Counted from the first letter of the stretch, positions 1-12,184 are shown. The stretch is 64,000 nt of DNA from an uncultured Verrucomicrobiae bacterium (GCA_963764165.1 CAVXRD010000001.1:1504001-1568000); one strand, 5' to 3'. Made by a program: numbers and translations. The notes: a model not told the origin generated them from the sequence alone.

Positions 1-438
1 GACGGCGAATCCGCGGGAAATTGAAACTCCTTGTCCCTTGAGGGCACTGATGATTTCGCTGTAAAAAGCGACGTTAAAGAACGTCGCCAAAAACATCGAC
101 AAGAAATAGAGAGCGGCCATCTCGGCGGGAAGGGCGGGAGAAAGGTGAGCGACCTGCAACTGCTGATTGGATGGCGAATCGCCTCCGTGGCTGACGATTG
201 CTTGCGCGAAATTGGGAAAATAATAATCCCTCAACGCAATCCAATGCCGGGCCTGGTTTAGATGGTAGCCCGTGTTGTGGAGAATCATCGGCGACACGAT
301 CCCCAGCAGAAAAAACGCCCCTATGGCGGCAGTCATGACTGCCGTGAGCGCCGGAAAAAGGAGCAATTTGCGGTGGCGCAGCGTTACCGTGATGGAAGCC
401 TTGAATAACTGCCAGCTATGTTGGAATTTTTCAATCAT
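1..438 (-). CDS. Membrane protein, DUF6159-like (5' part; runs off window start)
   Basis: Manual translation from ATG at 438: MIEKFQHSWQLFKASITVTLRHRKLLLFP...YFLSMFLATFFNVAF...GVSISRGF. Open to base 1, with hydrophobic segments. Not in the ORF track. Confidence 0.7.
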   Translation of the reverse strand, partial: MIEKFQHSWQLFKASITVTLRHRKLLLFPALTAVMTAAIGAFFLLGIVSPMILHNTGYHLNQARHWIALRDYYFPNFAQAIVSHGGDSPSNQQLQVAHLSPALPAEMAALYFLSMFLATFFNVAFYSEIISALKGQGVSISRGFAV

Positions 439-650
439 GCAACGGCGCCTTTCTATTGGTTCTTTAAAAACTAAGGCTCTAGGAAAAGGGCGGCAGTTGT
501 CAAGTGCTTTTTGGGTTCAGAAAATCAATTATTAACGCGGGTCAAAAATGGCTCCAAGAAAGAGAATTAAACCATTTCGATTCTCGCGAATGGCAACGAG
601 AAACGGGCGATCCGCTATAAATGTGAACGGTCTTGGCTCGGCGTGCCTTC

Positions 651-2108
<1,458 letters not shown>

Positions 2109-2141
2109 ATCTCAGGGGCAGGATAACAGCCGGAAAGCCGT

Positions 2142-3248
2142 TCACTCAATCTCGTTTGCGCCGGCGTCCTGGCCGGTGACTTCGGTGAGATGATCCTTCT
2201 GCCGCGACGCCATGTAAACCAACCCGCCGGCAAGGCTCCAGAAGAGGCCTTGCGCCGATGCGATCAGCGAGACGGACAGCGCGCCCGGCTTGGCCGCCCC
2301 AATGGCGAAGAGCATGATTACGTATAGATTCTCCCGCACGCCAAGCCCGTTTGGAGTGATCGGAAGCGCCGAGATGCAAAATATGACCGGCACGATCACA
2401 AACACCGGCAGCCACGGAATGTTCAGCCCAAGCCCTGATGCCAGCATGAGGATCTGAATGACGAACATCAGATTCGTCAATAATGAAATCGCCACCGTTT
2501 TGAAGAGAAAGTGTTTCTGCGTTCCGAAATTCCGGCACGAATCCACCGCCCGTTCCAGCAACTCCCCTTTCGGGGCTTTGCGCAACAGCATCCGGGCGCG
2601 CGGAAATCGTTTCGTGACCCCGCCCCAAAAGGCCAGCCAGAGCAGCACGCTGACGCCGCCCAGCATCGCAAGAATGAAGAGGGACGGGACGCCGATGTCA
2701 CGGCTCGTCAATAATAGTTTATAATTCGGGATCATCATGATCCCGGCAAACAGCAGCATCGCCCATAACCCCACGATGCGGTCCACGAAGACCGTCGTGA
2801 CCGCCTCGGTTTTTTTGTGGTGCGTCTCGCGGGCGGCGTAATAGGCCTTGATCAAATCGCCGCCGGTGGATCCCAGCAGGAAGGAATTGAAGAATTGCGC
2901 GACGAAGGAAATCCGGGTCGCCCGGCCCAGAGGCAAATGCAAACCCTGGGCTTCGAGCACGATTCGCCATCGCAATACGCAGAGAAAAATCGCGCCTCCG
3001 GCCAGCAGAAGAGAACCGAGCAGTGTTCCCGTGTGGACCAGGCGGAGCATTTGCCACAATTCCTCCGGTCCCAGCGTCCATGCCATTTTCCATTGCGCAT
3101 GCCTGTCCAGGTGATCCCAATCGGCGCCGCTGCTTTGAGCCGCCATCTTCGCCTGGCTCATGAAGATGGAATGAAAAATCCAGAGGAGAAGCAGCAGGCA
3201 AAATGCGACCCTCCATCCCACGCTCCAGCACTTCTTCAGCCTGCTCAT
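2142..3248 (-). CDS. Lysylphosphatidylglycerol synthase TM-domain / UPF0104 flippase-like membrane protein
   Basis: RW..L, FFNSFLLGSTGGD, VFVDR, LPITPNGLGVRE motifs; multiple TM segments. Confidence 0.85.
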   Translation of the reverse strand: MSRLKKCWSVGWRVAFCLLLLLWIFHSIFMSQAKMAAQSSGADWDHLDRHAQWKMAWTLGPEELWQMLRLVHTGTLLGSLLLAGGAIFLCVLRWRIVLEAQGLHLPLGRATRISFVAQFFNSFLLGSTGGDLIKAYYAARETHHKKTEAVTTVFVDRIVGLWAMLLFAGIMMIPNYKLLLTSRDIGVPSLFILAMLGGVSVLLWLAFWGGVTKRFPRARMLLRKAPKGELLERAVDSCRNFGTQKHFLFKTVAISLLTNLMFVIQILMLASGLGLNIPWLPVFVIVPVIFCISALPITPNGLGVRENLYVIMLFAIGAAKPGALSVSLIASAQGLFWSLAGGLVYMASRQKDHLTEVTGQDAGANEIE

Positions 3249-4159
3249 TCCGAACCCCAGAGCCCTTTGATGAACGCCACTCCTTTTGTAACGTCTTCTG
3301 GTGACAAACGCGGACTCAGCTCAAAAACTTTGATGTGCTCCGGCTTCACCATTGGCTGCAATGCCTTGTAATCAATGCACCCGCTTCCGGGCGCAGCGTG
3401 GTCGCGCCCGGGAAAAACGACATCGTGAATGTGCATCCCGATCATCCGCGGAGCCATCGATTGCAAATGCAGTCGATGATCAATGAAACCCAAATTCTGC
3501 TTGATCTGCGCATGGCCGCAATCGTGCCAGTAACCGACCGACGGGCGGTTGAACTCCATCAGCAAAAGCTCCATGTCGGTGTCGAGGGGAATTTCCTCCA
3601 GCGCCTCGCGGTTTTCCACTCCGAGCTTCAATCCATGCTTGGCCGCTTCGGTGGAAAGGCGGTTTAGCATATCGGTGGATTGCGCGACGTATTTTTCCTT
3701 TTTGGCTTCGCGCTTCTCAATGACTTCTTCGCACAAAGACTGGTATTTGGGAGTCTCCTTTTTGCCCTTTTCCACCAGTTCGATGAGCCGGTCTGTGTAA
3801 TCCTTCATGTCGATGGAGCCAAGGTGAAGAACAACGGCAGGCGCTTTGAGGCGCGCGGCTGTTTCCAGCGTCTTGATCGAATGCCGCCACGCATTTTCGC
3901 GCTCGCGCTGGTCTTGCGAGGAGAATTGGTAGATGTTCGGGGCGGCGTGATTGATGCCCATCGGAAGAGGGCAGAAATTGTGAAGCGAGGAAATCTTCAT
4001 TTCGCCCGCCTCGACCGCTTCGACGATGCCGGGGAGAAGACTGATGCGGATGCCGTGGCTGAGCTCCGCGTATTCAAAACCAAAAGTGCGGAGTTCGCGC
4101 AGCATGGCGCGTCCGTCCGTGTGCCGATGGGAGTTCCAGCACGTCGAGATTGAATACAT
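3245..4159 (-). CDS. Sugar phosphate isomerase/epimerase (xylose isomerase-like TIM barrel)
   Basis: LGVEN, WHDCGH, MHIHD, DHAAPGSG, FE metal-binding pattern. Confidence 0.85.
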   Translation of the reverse strand: MYSISTCWNSHRHTDGRAMLRELRTFGFEYAELSHGIRISLLPGIVEAVEAGEMKISSLHNFCPLPMGINHAAPNIYQFSSQDQRERENAWRHSIKTLETAARLKAPAVVLHLGSIDMKDYTDRLIELVEKGKKETPKYQSLCEEVIEKREAKKEKYVAQSTDMLNRLSTEAAKHGLKLGVENREALEEIPLDTDMELLLMEFNRPSVGYWHDCGHAQIKQNLGFIDHRLHLQSMAPRMIGMHIHDVVFPGRDHAAPGSGCIDYKALQPMVKPEHIKVFELSPRLSPEDVTKGVAFIKGLWGSE

Positions 4160-4212
4160 GGTATGAAACCGGGCCCGGCAGGAGGCCGGACCCGGCGGGA
4201 AGTGACAAGAGA

Positions 4213-4410
4213 TTACATGTCGGCGTAACGCGCGCTCAACATGGCCGAGAAACGGGCCGCCTTCATTTTACGGCGGCGACGTTCGCTGGGCTTTTCAAAA
4301 TGCCGGTGATTGCGGACTTCTTTAAGAGTGCCTTCGCGGTCAATCTTCTTCTTCAAGCGCCGAAGCGCCTTGTCCACTGGTTCGCCTTTTTTCAGTCGTA
4401 TTTCGGTCAA
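4213..4410 (-). CDS. rpsU: 30S ribosomal protein S21
   Basis: [14 protein letters not shown]...[12 protein letters not shown]. Confidence 0.97.
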   Translation of the reverse strand: MTEIRLKKGEPVDKALRRLKKKIDREGTLKEVRNHRHFEKPSERRRRKMKAARFSAMLSARYADM

Positions 4411-4510
4411 AAAAACTCACTTCCTCTCTAGTTATCGCGGGCCCGCCATGGGCGCGCGTTAAATGGCCGATCAAATTGCCGTGTCCCGCCCCGCATGTCA
4501 ACGCCCAATA

Positions 4511-7375
4511 TTACGGTGTTGAAAGTCGGTAGAATCGGCTGGCGCTGCCGTTTTGCAACGAGTCGCTGAAGTAGGCGGAACCGTTCGTGAGGGAGAGCGA
4601 CTGCAACGGAGCCCACGCCGCAGTCGTGAGGTTTGAGCACGCTTCGACCACGACCGGAATATTTGCCCCGGCAGTGATGTTGAAACCGAATTGGCCGTTC
4701 GAAATTCCAAAGCTGCTGTCCATTGCGATGACCGGATTCCAAGCAACGGCGGGAACATCGGCTTCAGTGGAGAAATTGGTCCAACCGCTGGCTTCCGGAA
4801 GATAATAGACCGTCAGATTCAAACAACTGTAGAACACGGAGCCGTCAGCGGACGGCGCGTTTCCTGGGAAAAAGAGATTTGTCAGGTTCATGGCGCCAGC
4901 GAATGCGTCATCTGCCACGTTTGTGACGCTCGCAGGAACGGTGTAGCTGCCCGGCCAACCGCCGGGAAATTGGATGAGCGTGTCGAAATTCTTGTCGAAC
5001 ATCACTCCATTCGAACTGGCGTAAAACAAATTGCTGGGATCAACCGTGATCGAAGTGAGGTTAGCACAGTCCGCGAATGCTCCTGCTCCGATGTTCGTGA
5101 CGCTGTCGGGAATGAAAACATTGGTCAACGCGGAATCATAGAATGCTTCCGCGCCTATCGTCGTGACGCTCTCGGGAATCGCAACAGCAGTCAGGCGCAC
5201 ATCATCCACAAACGCGCTCGCCCCAATATTGGTCACCGTCGGCGGAATAGTTATGCCGTAGAGGGACGGGCAAAACCCGAATGCGTTTGAATCAATGCTC
5301 GTGACCGAAGTTGGAATGGCATAAGTCCCGGCTCGGTAGCCAGGATATTGGATCAACGCCGTTTGCAGTTTGTCAAAAAGAATGCCGTTTGAAGCGCTGA
5401 AATACAAATTGGAAGAATCGACGGTGAATGAACGAAGCTCTGGCAACCCACTGAAGGCTCCCGCCAAATTCGTCACGCTGGCAGGAATAAATACATTCGT
5501 GACATTGGCTTCAGAGAATGCACCGCTTCCGATGTTCACCACGCCGTTGCCGATATTAATATTGGTCAGCCGAAAGTCGCCGGCAAACGCATGCTCGCCA
5601 ATGCTCACCACAGTCCCGGGAATTGTGATGTTGGACAGAGCATAACATTCCGAGAACGCATCCATGCCGATATTCGTGACGGAGGCTGGAATGACAACCG
5701 TTTTCAAACTTGTCAAATACTCGAATTCTAATGGAGCGATGAACGGCGACCCTGGAGCGACAGAAAGTTGCGCAAGGTTTGTAAGAGGGGAAAGATAATT
5801 ATCCAATGCCATCACACTTCCCGGAGCGGTAAGATTTGTAAGCTTGTAGCAACCGCTGAAGACGTCGAAGCTAAGATTGGTGACGCTGGCCGGAAGATAC
5901 GCGCTTATCAGCCCCGTGCAGCTTCTAAATGCCCCATTCCCAACTGTTGTCACGCTTTGCGGCAGCGAAATATTCGTTATTCCAGTGCAATTGTAAAATG
6001 CGCTTGCCCCAATGTTTGTCATGCTCCCCGGAATGGTCACACTTGTGACAAAGCTCTTGGGAGAAATCGCCTCTGGAGCGAGTGACTCGACGAGCAATCC
6101 GTTTTCAAAAGCAGGAATGACAACCGCGCTATTGGTTCCGTTATAGCTCTGGATTGTGCAGGTGCCCGTGCCGCTCTGGACGTAAGAAAACTGCGAGGGA
6201 GGGGTGACAGATTCCGCCGGGATCCCTCCAAGGGTTGAATTCCATGCGCTTCCAGAACTTGGAATGTAAAACGCCACCGCGTTTCCCGCCGCGGCAAAGG
6301 CAGACGCGCTGACGATTGGGGAAGCGCCCTCGAAATACAGCGCGGTCAAATTCGAATCACCCGTGAAGGCGTAATCCTGTATGCTGGAAATGCTCGCCTC
6401 GATAAAAATTCCATCCAGGTTCGTCAGCCCCTCGAACGCATCCTCCGCAATCGTTGCGACCGCAATACCGTTGATGGAAGCCGGAATGGTAATATAATTA
6501 TTGGTATTGACACAACCGATAATCGAAATAGTTGAGCTGTTGGTCAGGTAGTAAAATCCGTTCAGCGAGCCAGCCGCGATTGTATTCACACCTGCAAGCG
6601 TCGAACCCCAGCCCGTCGTGTCGGGCAAATATACAATGGTTGTATTGTAACTGCCCGCAAACGCGGAGGGATCAACGCTCGGGGCGTTCCCAAGAAAGAC
6701 AGCTTGCAGCAAATGCAGGCAGGATTGAAAAGCGCTCGCTCCAACAGTTTCCACGGAAGGCGGAATGGTTATTCCAGTCAAGGCCCCGCATGCGTAGAAT
6801 GCATTGCTCCCGATATTGGTCACGCTGTTGGGGATGCTAATCGCAGTCAGAATCGCGCAATTTGAAAACAAGGCCGGAGCCACGGTCTGGGAGCCGCTTA
6901 GGATGGCAGCATTGGTCAACCGAATGCACGGCGAAAAAACGGTGGCGAAATTCGAGAAGGTTCCTGAGACAGTCACAAACGACAACTTGCTGCATTGGCC
7001 AAACGCGTTTGCGCCGAAGGTGATGTTGGTGCCGAGCACGCTAAGATTCGACAAGCCAGCGCACCCGAAGAAAGCGTCCGGCCCTGCATTCGTCACGCTG
7101 GCAGGAATCGTGACATTTCCAAGGTTGGTGTTGTTCTGGAACGCGGCTTGATAAATCACCGTCACGGGCTTGCCGTTGGTGGACGACGGAATAGTTACGA
7201 TCCCATTTGTTCCCGTGTAGCCGGTGATTGTGATCGCGCCATTGTTCGTGACGAAAGTGAATTGGGCCATCACTTGCGGCGATGCGAGAATCCACAACGA
7301 AAGCAAGAACGCGAAGCGCAACACTCTCAAAGGCCATGCGCCCATTTTCCGGTGATGAAGAGAATTATGCCTCAC
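4511..7375 (-). CDS. Secreted BspA-type leucine-rich repeat (LRR_5) surface protein
   Basis: Signal peptide; many 'IP.SVT.IG..AF..C..L' repeats; C-terminal 'YFSD...RFYRLSTP' module. Confidence 0.9.
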   Translation of the reverse strand: MRHNSLHHRKMGAWPLRVLRFAFLLSLWILASPQVMAQFTFVTNNGAITITGYTGTNGIVTIPSSTNGKPVTVIYQAAFQNNTNLGNVTIPASVTNAGPDAFFGCAGLSNLSVLGTNITFGANAFGQCSKLSFVTVSGTFSNFATVFSPCIRLTNAAILSGSQTVAPALFSNCAILTAISIPNSVTNIGSNAFYACGALTGITIPPSVETVGASAFQSCLHLLQAVFLGNAPSVDPSAFAGSYNTTIVYLPDTTGWGSTLAGVNTIAAGSLNGFYYLTNSSTISIIGCVNTNNYITIPASINGIAVATIAEDAFEGLTNLDGIFIEASISSIQDYAFTGDSNLTALYFEGASPIVSASAFAAAGNAVAFYIPSSGSAWNSTLGGIPAESVTPPSQFSYVQSGTGTCTIQSYNGTNSAVVIPAFENGLLVESLAPEAISPKSFVTSVTIPGSMTNIGASAFYNCTGITNISLPQSVTTVGNGAFRSCTGLISAYLPASVTNLSFDVFSGCYKLTNLTAPGSVMALDNYLSPLTNLAQLSVAPGSPFIAPLEFEYLTSLKTVVIPASVTNIGMDAFSECYALSNITIPGTVVSIGEHAFAGDFRLTNINIGNGVVNIGSGAFSEANVTNVFIPASVTNLAGAFSGLPELRSFTVDSSNLYFSASNGILFDKLQTALIQYPGYRAGTYAIPTSVTSIDSNAFGFCPSLYGITIPPTVTNIGASAFVDDVRLTAVAIPESVTTIGAEAFYDSALTNVFIPDSVTNIGAGAFADCANLTSITVDPSNLFYASSNGVMFDKNFDTLIQFPGGWPGSYTVPASVTNVADDAFAGAMNLTNLFFPGNAPSADGSVFYSCLNLTVYYLPEASGWTNFSTEADVPAVAWNPVIAMDSSFGISNGQFGFNITAGANIPVVVEACSNLTTAAWAPLQSLSLTNGSAYFSDSLQNGSASRFYRLSTP

Positions 7376-7410
7376 GCGTCTTAATTACCTCGTTCCCTTC
7401 GTGCAGAAAG

Positions 7411-7812
7411 TCAAGTCTGCAAGCCTTTGAAGGCGTTCACGAGGTCGGCGGCCTGAAACGGTTTGTGCAAGAACGAACGCGCCCCAAGTCCGTAGGCGCG
7501 CTTGGCCATCGCCGCATCCGTAGTGGCTGTTAAAACGATGACCGGCACGCGATGATGCGGCGGATTGTCCCGCATCCATGCCAGCACATCAAATCCATCC
7601 ACGCCCGGCATCTTAAGATCCAACAGCACCGCGACGGGATAGGGGAATTTTGCGCGATCGGAAAAATCTCCCGTTCCCTGCAAATAGGCAAGACAGCCCT
7701 CGCCGGAATCAACAAGCCTAGCGGAAAGCCCCGGAAAAGCCTTTTCCACAACGTCACACGTCAAAGCTGCAATATTGCGCTCGTCATCGACGACGAGGAC
7801 AGTGCCTGTCAT
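7411..7812 (-). CDS. Single-domain response regulator
   Basis: VLVVDDE, LLDLKMPGVDG, KP; likely start ATG 7812. Confidence 0.85.
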   Translation of the reverse strand: MTGTVLVVDDERNIAALTCDVVEKAFPGLSARLVDSGEGCLAYLQGTGDFSDRAKFPYPVAVLLDLKMPGVDGFDVLAWMRDNPPHHRVPVIVLTATTDAAMAKRAYGLGARSFLHKPFQAADLVNAFKGLQT

Positions 7813-7991
7813 TTGAGGATTTTTCTCCACTTCCAATTGTCTATTTCCCATCCCAAGCCAACGCAATCAGGCCAACCCTGATCGGCGGTCGGGGATTTCC
7901 TTAGCGGTTGGCGCTGTCAATTACAAGCGCGATTTTTCCTTTGACAGGGCTGCCCGGCAAGCCACAGAATTTTGCTGGCTCTCCAATCACC

Positions 7992-8822
7992 GTGAAAAAG
8001 TGCTTGTTCAATTCCAGAAGTTACAATGGCCGGAGCGTGGCTTGGTCGAAGCAAAGATTCGCAGCCGGCGCTTTTACCCTCGCCGAGTTGCTCGTGACAA
8101 TCACGATCATCGCCATTCTGGCGGCTTTGCTGCTTCCCGCGCTTGGGCGGGCGAAGCGTCAAGCCCGAGACGTCAGTTGCATCAACAACTTGCGGCAAAT
8201 GCTGCTCGTCTTCCATCTGGACATTGACGCTAATTGGGGCGGCGAGGTGGATTGGCTCAATCGTGACGTGGCCTTATCCAAATCGTGGATTTGCCCCTGC
8301 GCGACCAGGACTCCAACCAATATCAGCCTTGGAGCGATGGACACCACCTGGATGTATGGCATAGGCGGCATCATGCCGCAACCACGCGCGGCAGGATATG
8401 CAATCAACGGCTGGCTTCTCTGGGAGAACGCGGATGGGCAGCCCATGATTTACCAAACCGATCAAGATCCCCAAGTCTTCCGAAATGAGTCTGATATCAT
8501 CAGACCTGCAATGACACCTGTTCTCGCGGATGGCATCTTCGCTTATACCTACCCTGAAGAGACGGATCTCCCCGCCAGCGACCTTTATACCTATCCAACG
8601 AACTCCTTACTGCCTTTGGGAATGAATATTTTCAACATCCCTCGACACGGGGACGCCCCGCCCAGCGCGCCGACCAATTGGCCCATTAGCCGCCCTCTGC
8701 CGGGTGCAGTGAACGTCGGTTTTTATGATGGACACGTTCAGGTCGCGAAATTGGATTACCTTTGGCAGCTCTACTGGCACGTGGGTTACGTTGCGCCAGC
8801 GAAAAGGCCGGGGCTTCTTTAA
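7992..8822 (+). CDS. Prepilin-type N-terminal cleavage/methylation protein with H-X9-DG domain (PVC-type)
   Basis: [32 protein letters not shown]-terminal RH...NVGFYDGHV; start uncertain. Confidence 0.85.
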   Translation: MKKCLFNSRSYNGRSVAWSKQRFAAGAFTLAELLVTITIIAILAALLLPALGRAKRQARDVSCINNLRQMLLVFHLDIDANWGGEVDWLNRDVALSKSWICPCATRTPTNISLGAMDTTWMYGIGGIMPQPRAAGYAINGWLLWENADGQPMIYQTDQDPQVFRNESDIIRPAMTPVLADGIFAYTYPEETDLPASDLYTYPTNSLLPLGMNIFNIPRHGDAPPSAPTNWPISRPLPGAVNVGFYDGHVQVAKLDYLWQLYWHVGYVAPAKRPGLL

Positions 8823-8844
8823 CTTCAAGTCACAGCGCCCGCTA

Positions 8845-10299
8845 CTATTCCTTGGCTCCGTGTTGACGCAGCAGGTTCGCAGTATTGTTTTGTCCGCGAG
8901 ATTTGGCCTGCCAGAGGGGCGTCTTGCCATCATTGTCTCTCACGTTGATGTCAGATCCGGCTGCGAGAAGGACTTCCACAACATCTGGATGCCCGTGGTA
9001 CGCTGCCATGTGCAATGGCGTGAAACCGTATTGGTCCCGCACCGTCACATCCGCTTTGTGGGCAATCAATAATTCGGCAATGGCTTTGCTTCCTGAATAC
9101 GCGGCTTCGTCCAACGGAGTGCACATAAGCGAGCCTTTAATATTAACATCAGCACCGTGAGCAATCAGTTCCTCCGCGACAATTAGATGATCGTATCTTG
9201 CCGCCGCTTCAAGAGCGGTTTCCCCCCTTTGGTTCTTCGAATTTACGTCTGCGCCGTGTTCTAGGAGAAGCTCAACAACGTTGTCGCGTCCCTCATGCGC
9301 GGCGATAAGCAAGGGCGAATCCCCAAAGCCGTTATTCCCTGAGAAGTCGTTTACATTAGCCCCTGCGGCGAGTAAAACCGCAGCAACTCCAGCGTGCCCT
9401 GCTTCTGCTGCGTGGTACAAGGGGGAATAGCCCAGATAATCCTTTGCGTTCACCGTTTGGGCATCGGCTTTTAGGAGCGCTTGGATGGCTTCGACATCTC
9501 CGGCGGACGCGGCGTCGAGAATGTTCGCCTTCGCCCCGCGTTGTCGCAAAATGGCCGCGATCTCCGGATGGTGATATTCCAGCGCCAATGACAGCGCCGT
9601 ATCTCCTTGTGTATCTTTGAGGTTCGGGTTTGCGCCCTTTGCTAGCAGTATCTTGAGCGCTTCCAAATGACCCATTTGGGCTGCCGCCATAAGCGGCGTT
9701 TCGTTAAGTTCGTCTCCCAAGCAGTTCACGTCTGCGCCATTTTCCATAAGGAAATTCATCATTTCAATTTGGCCTTCAACACAGGTGCCAAAAAAGGCTT
9801 TGTTGATGGACTTCAAGTCAGCGTTAGGCGGAAAGTAAGTTTTTGCTGTACCAAGGCGTCCCTCGCCTGCGGCTTCCAAAAAAATATCTGATCTGCTGAC
9901 CCTTGAGCCGGGAATTTGCACCACGAGTCGCTGCCACCACAGATACGGAATGTAATCCATCGCGACAGTCAGCACTGTAGCCGCAATGACTGCGGACTGA
10001 AATGTTGTGAGTGGACGAAAGCGTTTTGATGCAACGACAAGCGCAGCCACGACCAACAGCCAAACATGAGTCAACCCAGAGGAAAGCACCCCGAGGATAA
10101 AAAAACCAAGTGCTTGATGGGCTAGGGAAAACCCGGTATTTTGAAGCCCGCGCTCCCAAGTCAGATAGCTCTGTTCGTATACCATCCTTGCAGTCAAGAG
10201 AAAGGCGAAAGGGAAAATAACGAGCCAGCAAACCATCACCCACTTAGGCAGTCCCGATCTCCTCTTTTCGGAATTTAGCGGCTGTCGACTTGAAGTCAT
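8845..10299 (-). CDS. Membrane-anchored ankyrin repeat protein
   Basis: N-terminal TM helices, then many TPL..AA..G...LL..GADVN repeats. Confidence 0.9.
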   Translation of the reverse strand: MTSSRQPLNSEKRRSGLPKWVMVCWLVIFPFAFLLTARMVYEQSYLTWERGLQNTGFSLAHQALGFFILGVLSSGLTHVWLLVVAALVVASKRFRPLTTFQSAVIAATVLTVAMDYIPYLWWQRLVVQIPGSRVSRSDIFLEAAGEGRLGTAKTYFPPNADLKSINKAFFGTCVEGQIEMMNFLMENGADVNCLGDELNETPLMAAAQMGHLEALKILLAKGANPNLKDTQGDTALSLALEYHHPEIAAILRQRGAKANILDAASAGDVEAIQALLKADAQTVNAKDYLGYSPLYHAAEAGHAGVAAVLLAAGANVNDFSGNNGFGDSPLLIAAHEGRDNVVELLLEHGADVNSKNQRGETALEAAARYDHLIVAEELIAHGADVNIKGSLMCTPLDEAAYSGSKAIAELLIAHKADVTVRDQYGFTPLHMAAYHGHPDVVEVLLAAGSDINVRDNDGKTPLWQAKSRGQNNTANLLRQHGAKE

Positions 10300-10332
10300 T
10301 GATTTCGCAACTGCGCCTGAATCGCGCTTAGT

Positions 10333-10807
10333 TCACGTCCACAATTGCCGGTCCAGGGATCGGTACTGGATGGCTTCCGAGACGTGTTCCGCTCCGACCG
10401 TTTCCGCGCCAGCCAGATCCGCGATGGTGCGGGCGACTTTTAGAATTCTATCATAAGCGCGCGCGCTCAAATTCAAATCCGCCATCGCGAACTTCAGCAA
10501 TTCCTTCGTCGATTCGTCAATGGCGCAAAATGCTTTCAGTTCCTTGCTGCCCATGCGCGCGTTGCAGGTGACGGAACGTTTGTTGGCGAAGCGGGCCTGC
10601 TGACGCTTGCGCGCCGCAACCACACGATTGCGAATGGTCGCCGAGTTTTCCCCAGTTTGCTCGGCGCTGATGTCGCGGAACTTCACTTCCGAAACTTCAA
10701 TGTGCAAATCAATGCGGTCAAGCAGCGGCCCGGAAATTCGACCGAGATAATTTTGAATTTCCCTTGGCGAACTGCGCGATTCGCCCGGCATTTTTCCATC
10801 GGGCGTG
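10333..10807 (-). pseudogene. comM: 3' fragment of comM (YifB/Mg-chelatase-like AAA ATPase), cut by island insertion
   Basis: TPDGKMPGESRSSPREIQNYLGRISGPLLDRIDLHIEV...LSARAYDRILKVARTIADL...EAIQYRSLDR. The expected upstream AAMNP is replaced by foreign sequence at about 10808. Confidence 0.88.
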
Positions 10808-10811
10808 CGCC

Positions 10812-11324
10812 ATGTTGCCTTTTTGTGAACGGACTGTGAGCGTCTCACGATCCAAGTATCTTCCGTCCATGAACAGAGGAATATCAATCCCAAAAGAGCC
10901 AAAGACAATCGGCGAATTTCTAAGAAAACGGCGATTGGAACTCGGCATATTTCAGTCGGAAGCGGCTCTCAAGCTGGGAGTTAGCACGGTCACCCTGAGC
11001 CGGTGGGAGTGCGGCAAGGTATATCCAACATGGCCTCAACAACCCTCCGTCACAGCCTATCTCGGCCACAATCCATTCACCGATCCGGCCCTCGGAAAGC
11101 CCAAAGGCAACGAATCCCAGCGCGTTGCCTTTTTAGGATCCGGCGAGTCTCAAAACCTTGGTCAACAGATCGTCAGCCATTGCCTTAAAATGAGGAAAAC
11201 GATCCGAAAGTTCGCTGAGGAGGCAGGGATAAGCTCCAAAACAATTTGGAATTGGAAGACGGGCCGAAGGCAGCCAAGCCGCGCCGCTCACAAGCGAATC
11301 GCTGAACTGTTGGCAGCGCAATAA
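10812..11324 (+). CDS. Double XRE-family HTH protein at the island edge
   Basis: MLPFCERT...GEFLRKRRLELGIFQSEAALKLGVSTVTLSRWE and a second HTH (AGISSKTIWNWKTGRRQP); paralog of 27175..27681; start uncertain. Confidence 0.7.
   Translation: MLPFCERTVSVSRSKYLPSMNRGISIPKEPKTIGEFLRKRRLELGIFQSEAALKLGVSTVTLSRWECGKVYPTWPQQPSVTAYLGHNPFTDPALGKPKGNESQRVAFLGSGESQNLGQQIVSHCLKMRKTIRKFAEEAGISSKTIWNWKTGRRQPSRAAHKRIAELLAAQ
11103..11132. repeat. Inverted repeat AAAGGCAAC-N12-GTTGCCTTT (att-like site or operator)
   Basis: Read directly; same architecture at 27466..27495; half-sites at 10814 and 27177. Confidence 0.7.
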
Positions 11325-11605
11325 CTGCTTGGCAAAAGGGATCGATCCCGATCCTCACCTCCACTTCTAACCGCTTGTGCGGAAATGGGTTGGGAGGCCA
11401 GGAAAGTCAATTGCTAACAGTTTGGCTAACAATATTCGGATTGCGCCAAAATTGTGCCACAATTCGGGAGGATTCTCCCGTTATTGCCCGACTGCGGGAA
11501 TCTTCGCCTCGGTAGTCCACGGGCGAACGTGGCGCAGATGTGGCCAGCAAGGTGATTCGCGTGACTGATGATGCTTGCGGCAAATGGTATGCCGCGTAAC
11601 GAAAA

Positions 11606-12184
11606 TCATGATTTCCTGATTTCGTGGAAGAGCCAGGTCCTGGAAAAAACCCAGTAGTTTTTTGCGGACGTGAGAGAAATCCCCAATAGTTCCGAAACTT
11701 CCTTGATCGTTAGCCCGGCAAAATAGCGAAGCTTGACCAGTTCGGCTTGAAGCGGGTGTTTCACAGCGAACTTATTCAGCGCCTCGTGCAGCGCCAGCAG
11801 TTGGTCGTCGGCTTCCGACGCGGCAATGTTGCACTCCTCAACGGGGATCCGTTCGCCGCTGGCACCGTGGCGAGCCGTCAGTTTCCGGCGGGCCCTGTCA
11901 ATTAAAATTCGCCGCATAGCCTCGGCGGCTGCGGAAAAGAAATGGGCGCGGTTTTCAAACCTCGGATTCTCCGACCCGACCAATCGCAGCCATGCCTCGT
12001 GCACCAGGGCCGTGGGCTGCAGCGTTTGTCCGGGCGCTTCGCGAGCCATTTTGCTAGCGGCCAGCCGTCGCAATTCCTGATAAACCAATTCAAGCAGTTT
12101 CTCGGCGGAACGAGGCTCGCCCTCTCCGATGGCTCTGAGAAGGGCGGTGGCATCAGTTGCATGCGCCGGCGAAGGTCGTTGCAT
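11606..12184 (-). CDS. ECF sigma factor, TIGR02999/ECF43-type
   Basis: VYQELRRLA...QTLQPTALVHEAWLRL...NRAHFF.AAAEAMRRILID...LRYFAGL. Confidence 0.92.
   Translation of the reverse strand: MQRPSPAHATDATALLRAIGEGEPRSAEKLLELVYQELRRLAASKMAREAPGQTLQPTALVHEAWLRLVGSENPRFENRAHFFSAAAEAMRRILIDRARRKLTARHGASGERIPVEECNIAASEADDQLLALHEALNKFAVKHPLQAELVKLRYFAGLTIKEVSELLGISLTSAKNYWVFSRTWLFHEIRKS

Noticed and set aside
10808..10908. ORF-track N-terminus of the 191-aa minus ORF (MSLALLGL...)
   Set aside because: Chance read-through from island DNA into the comM fragment; not comM-like.
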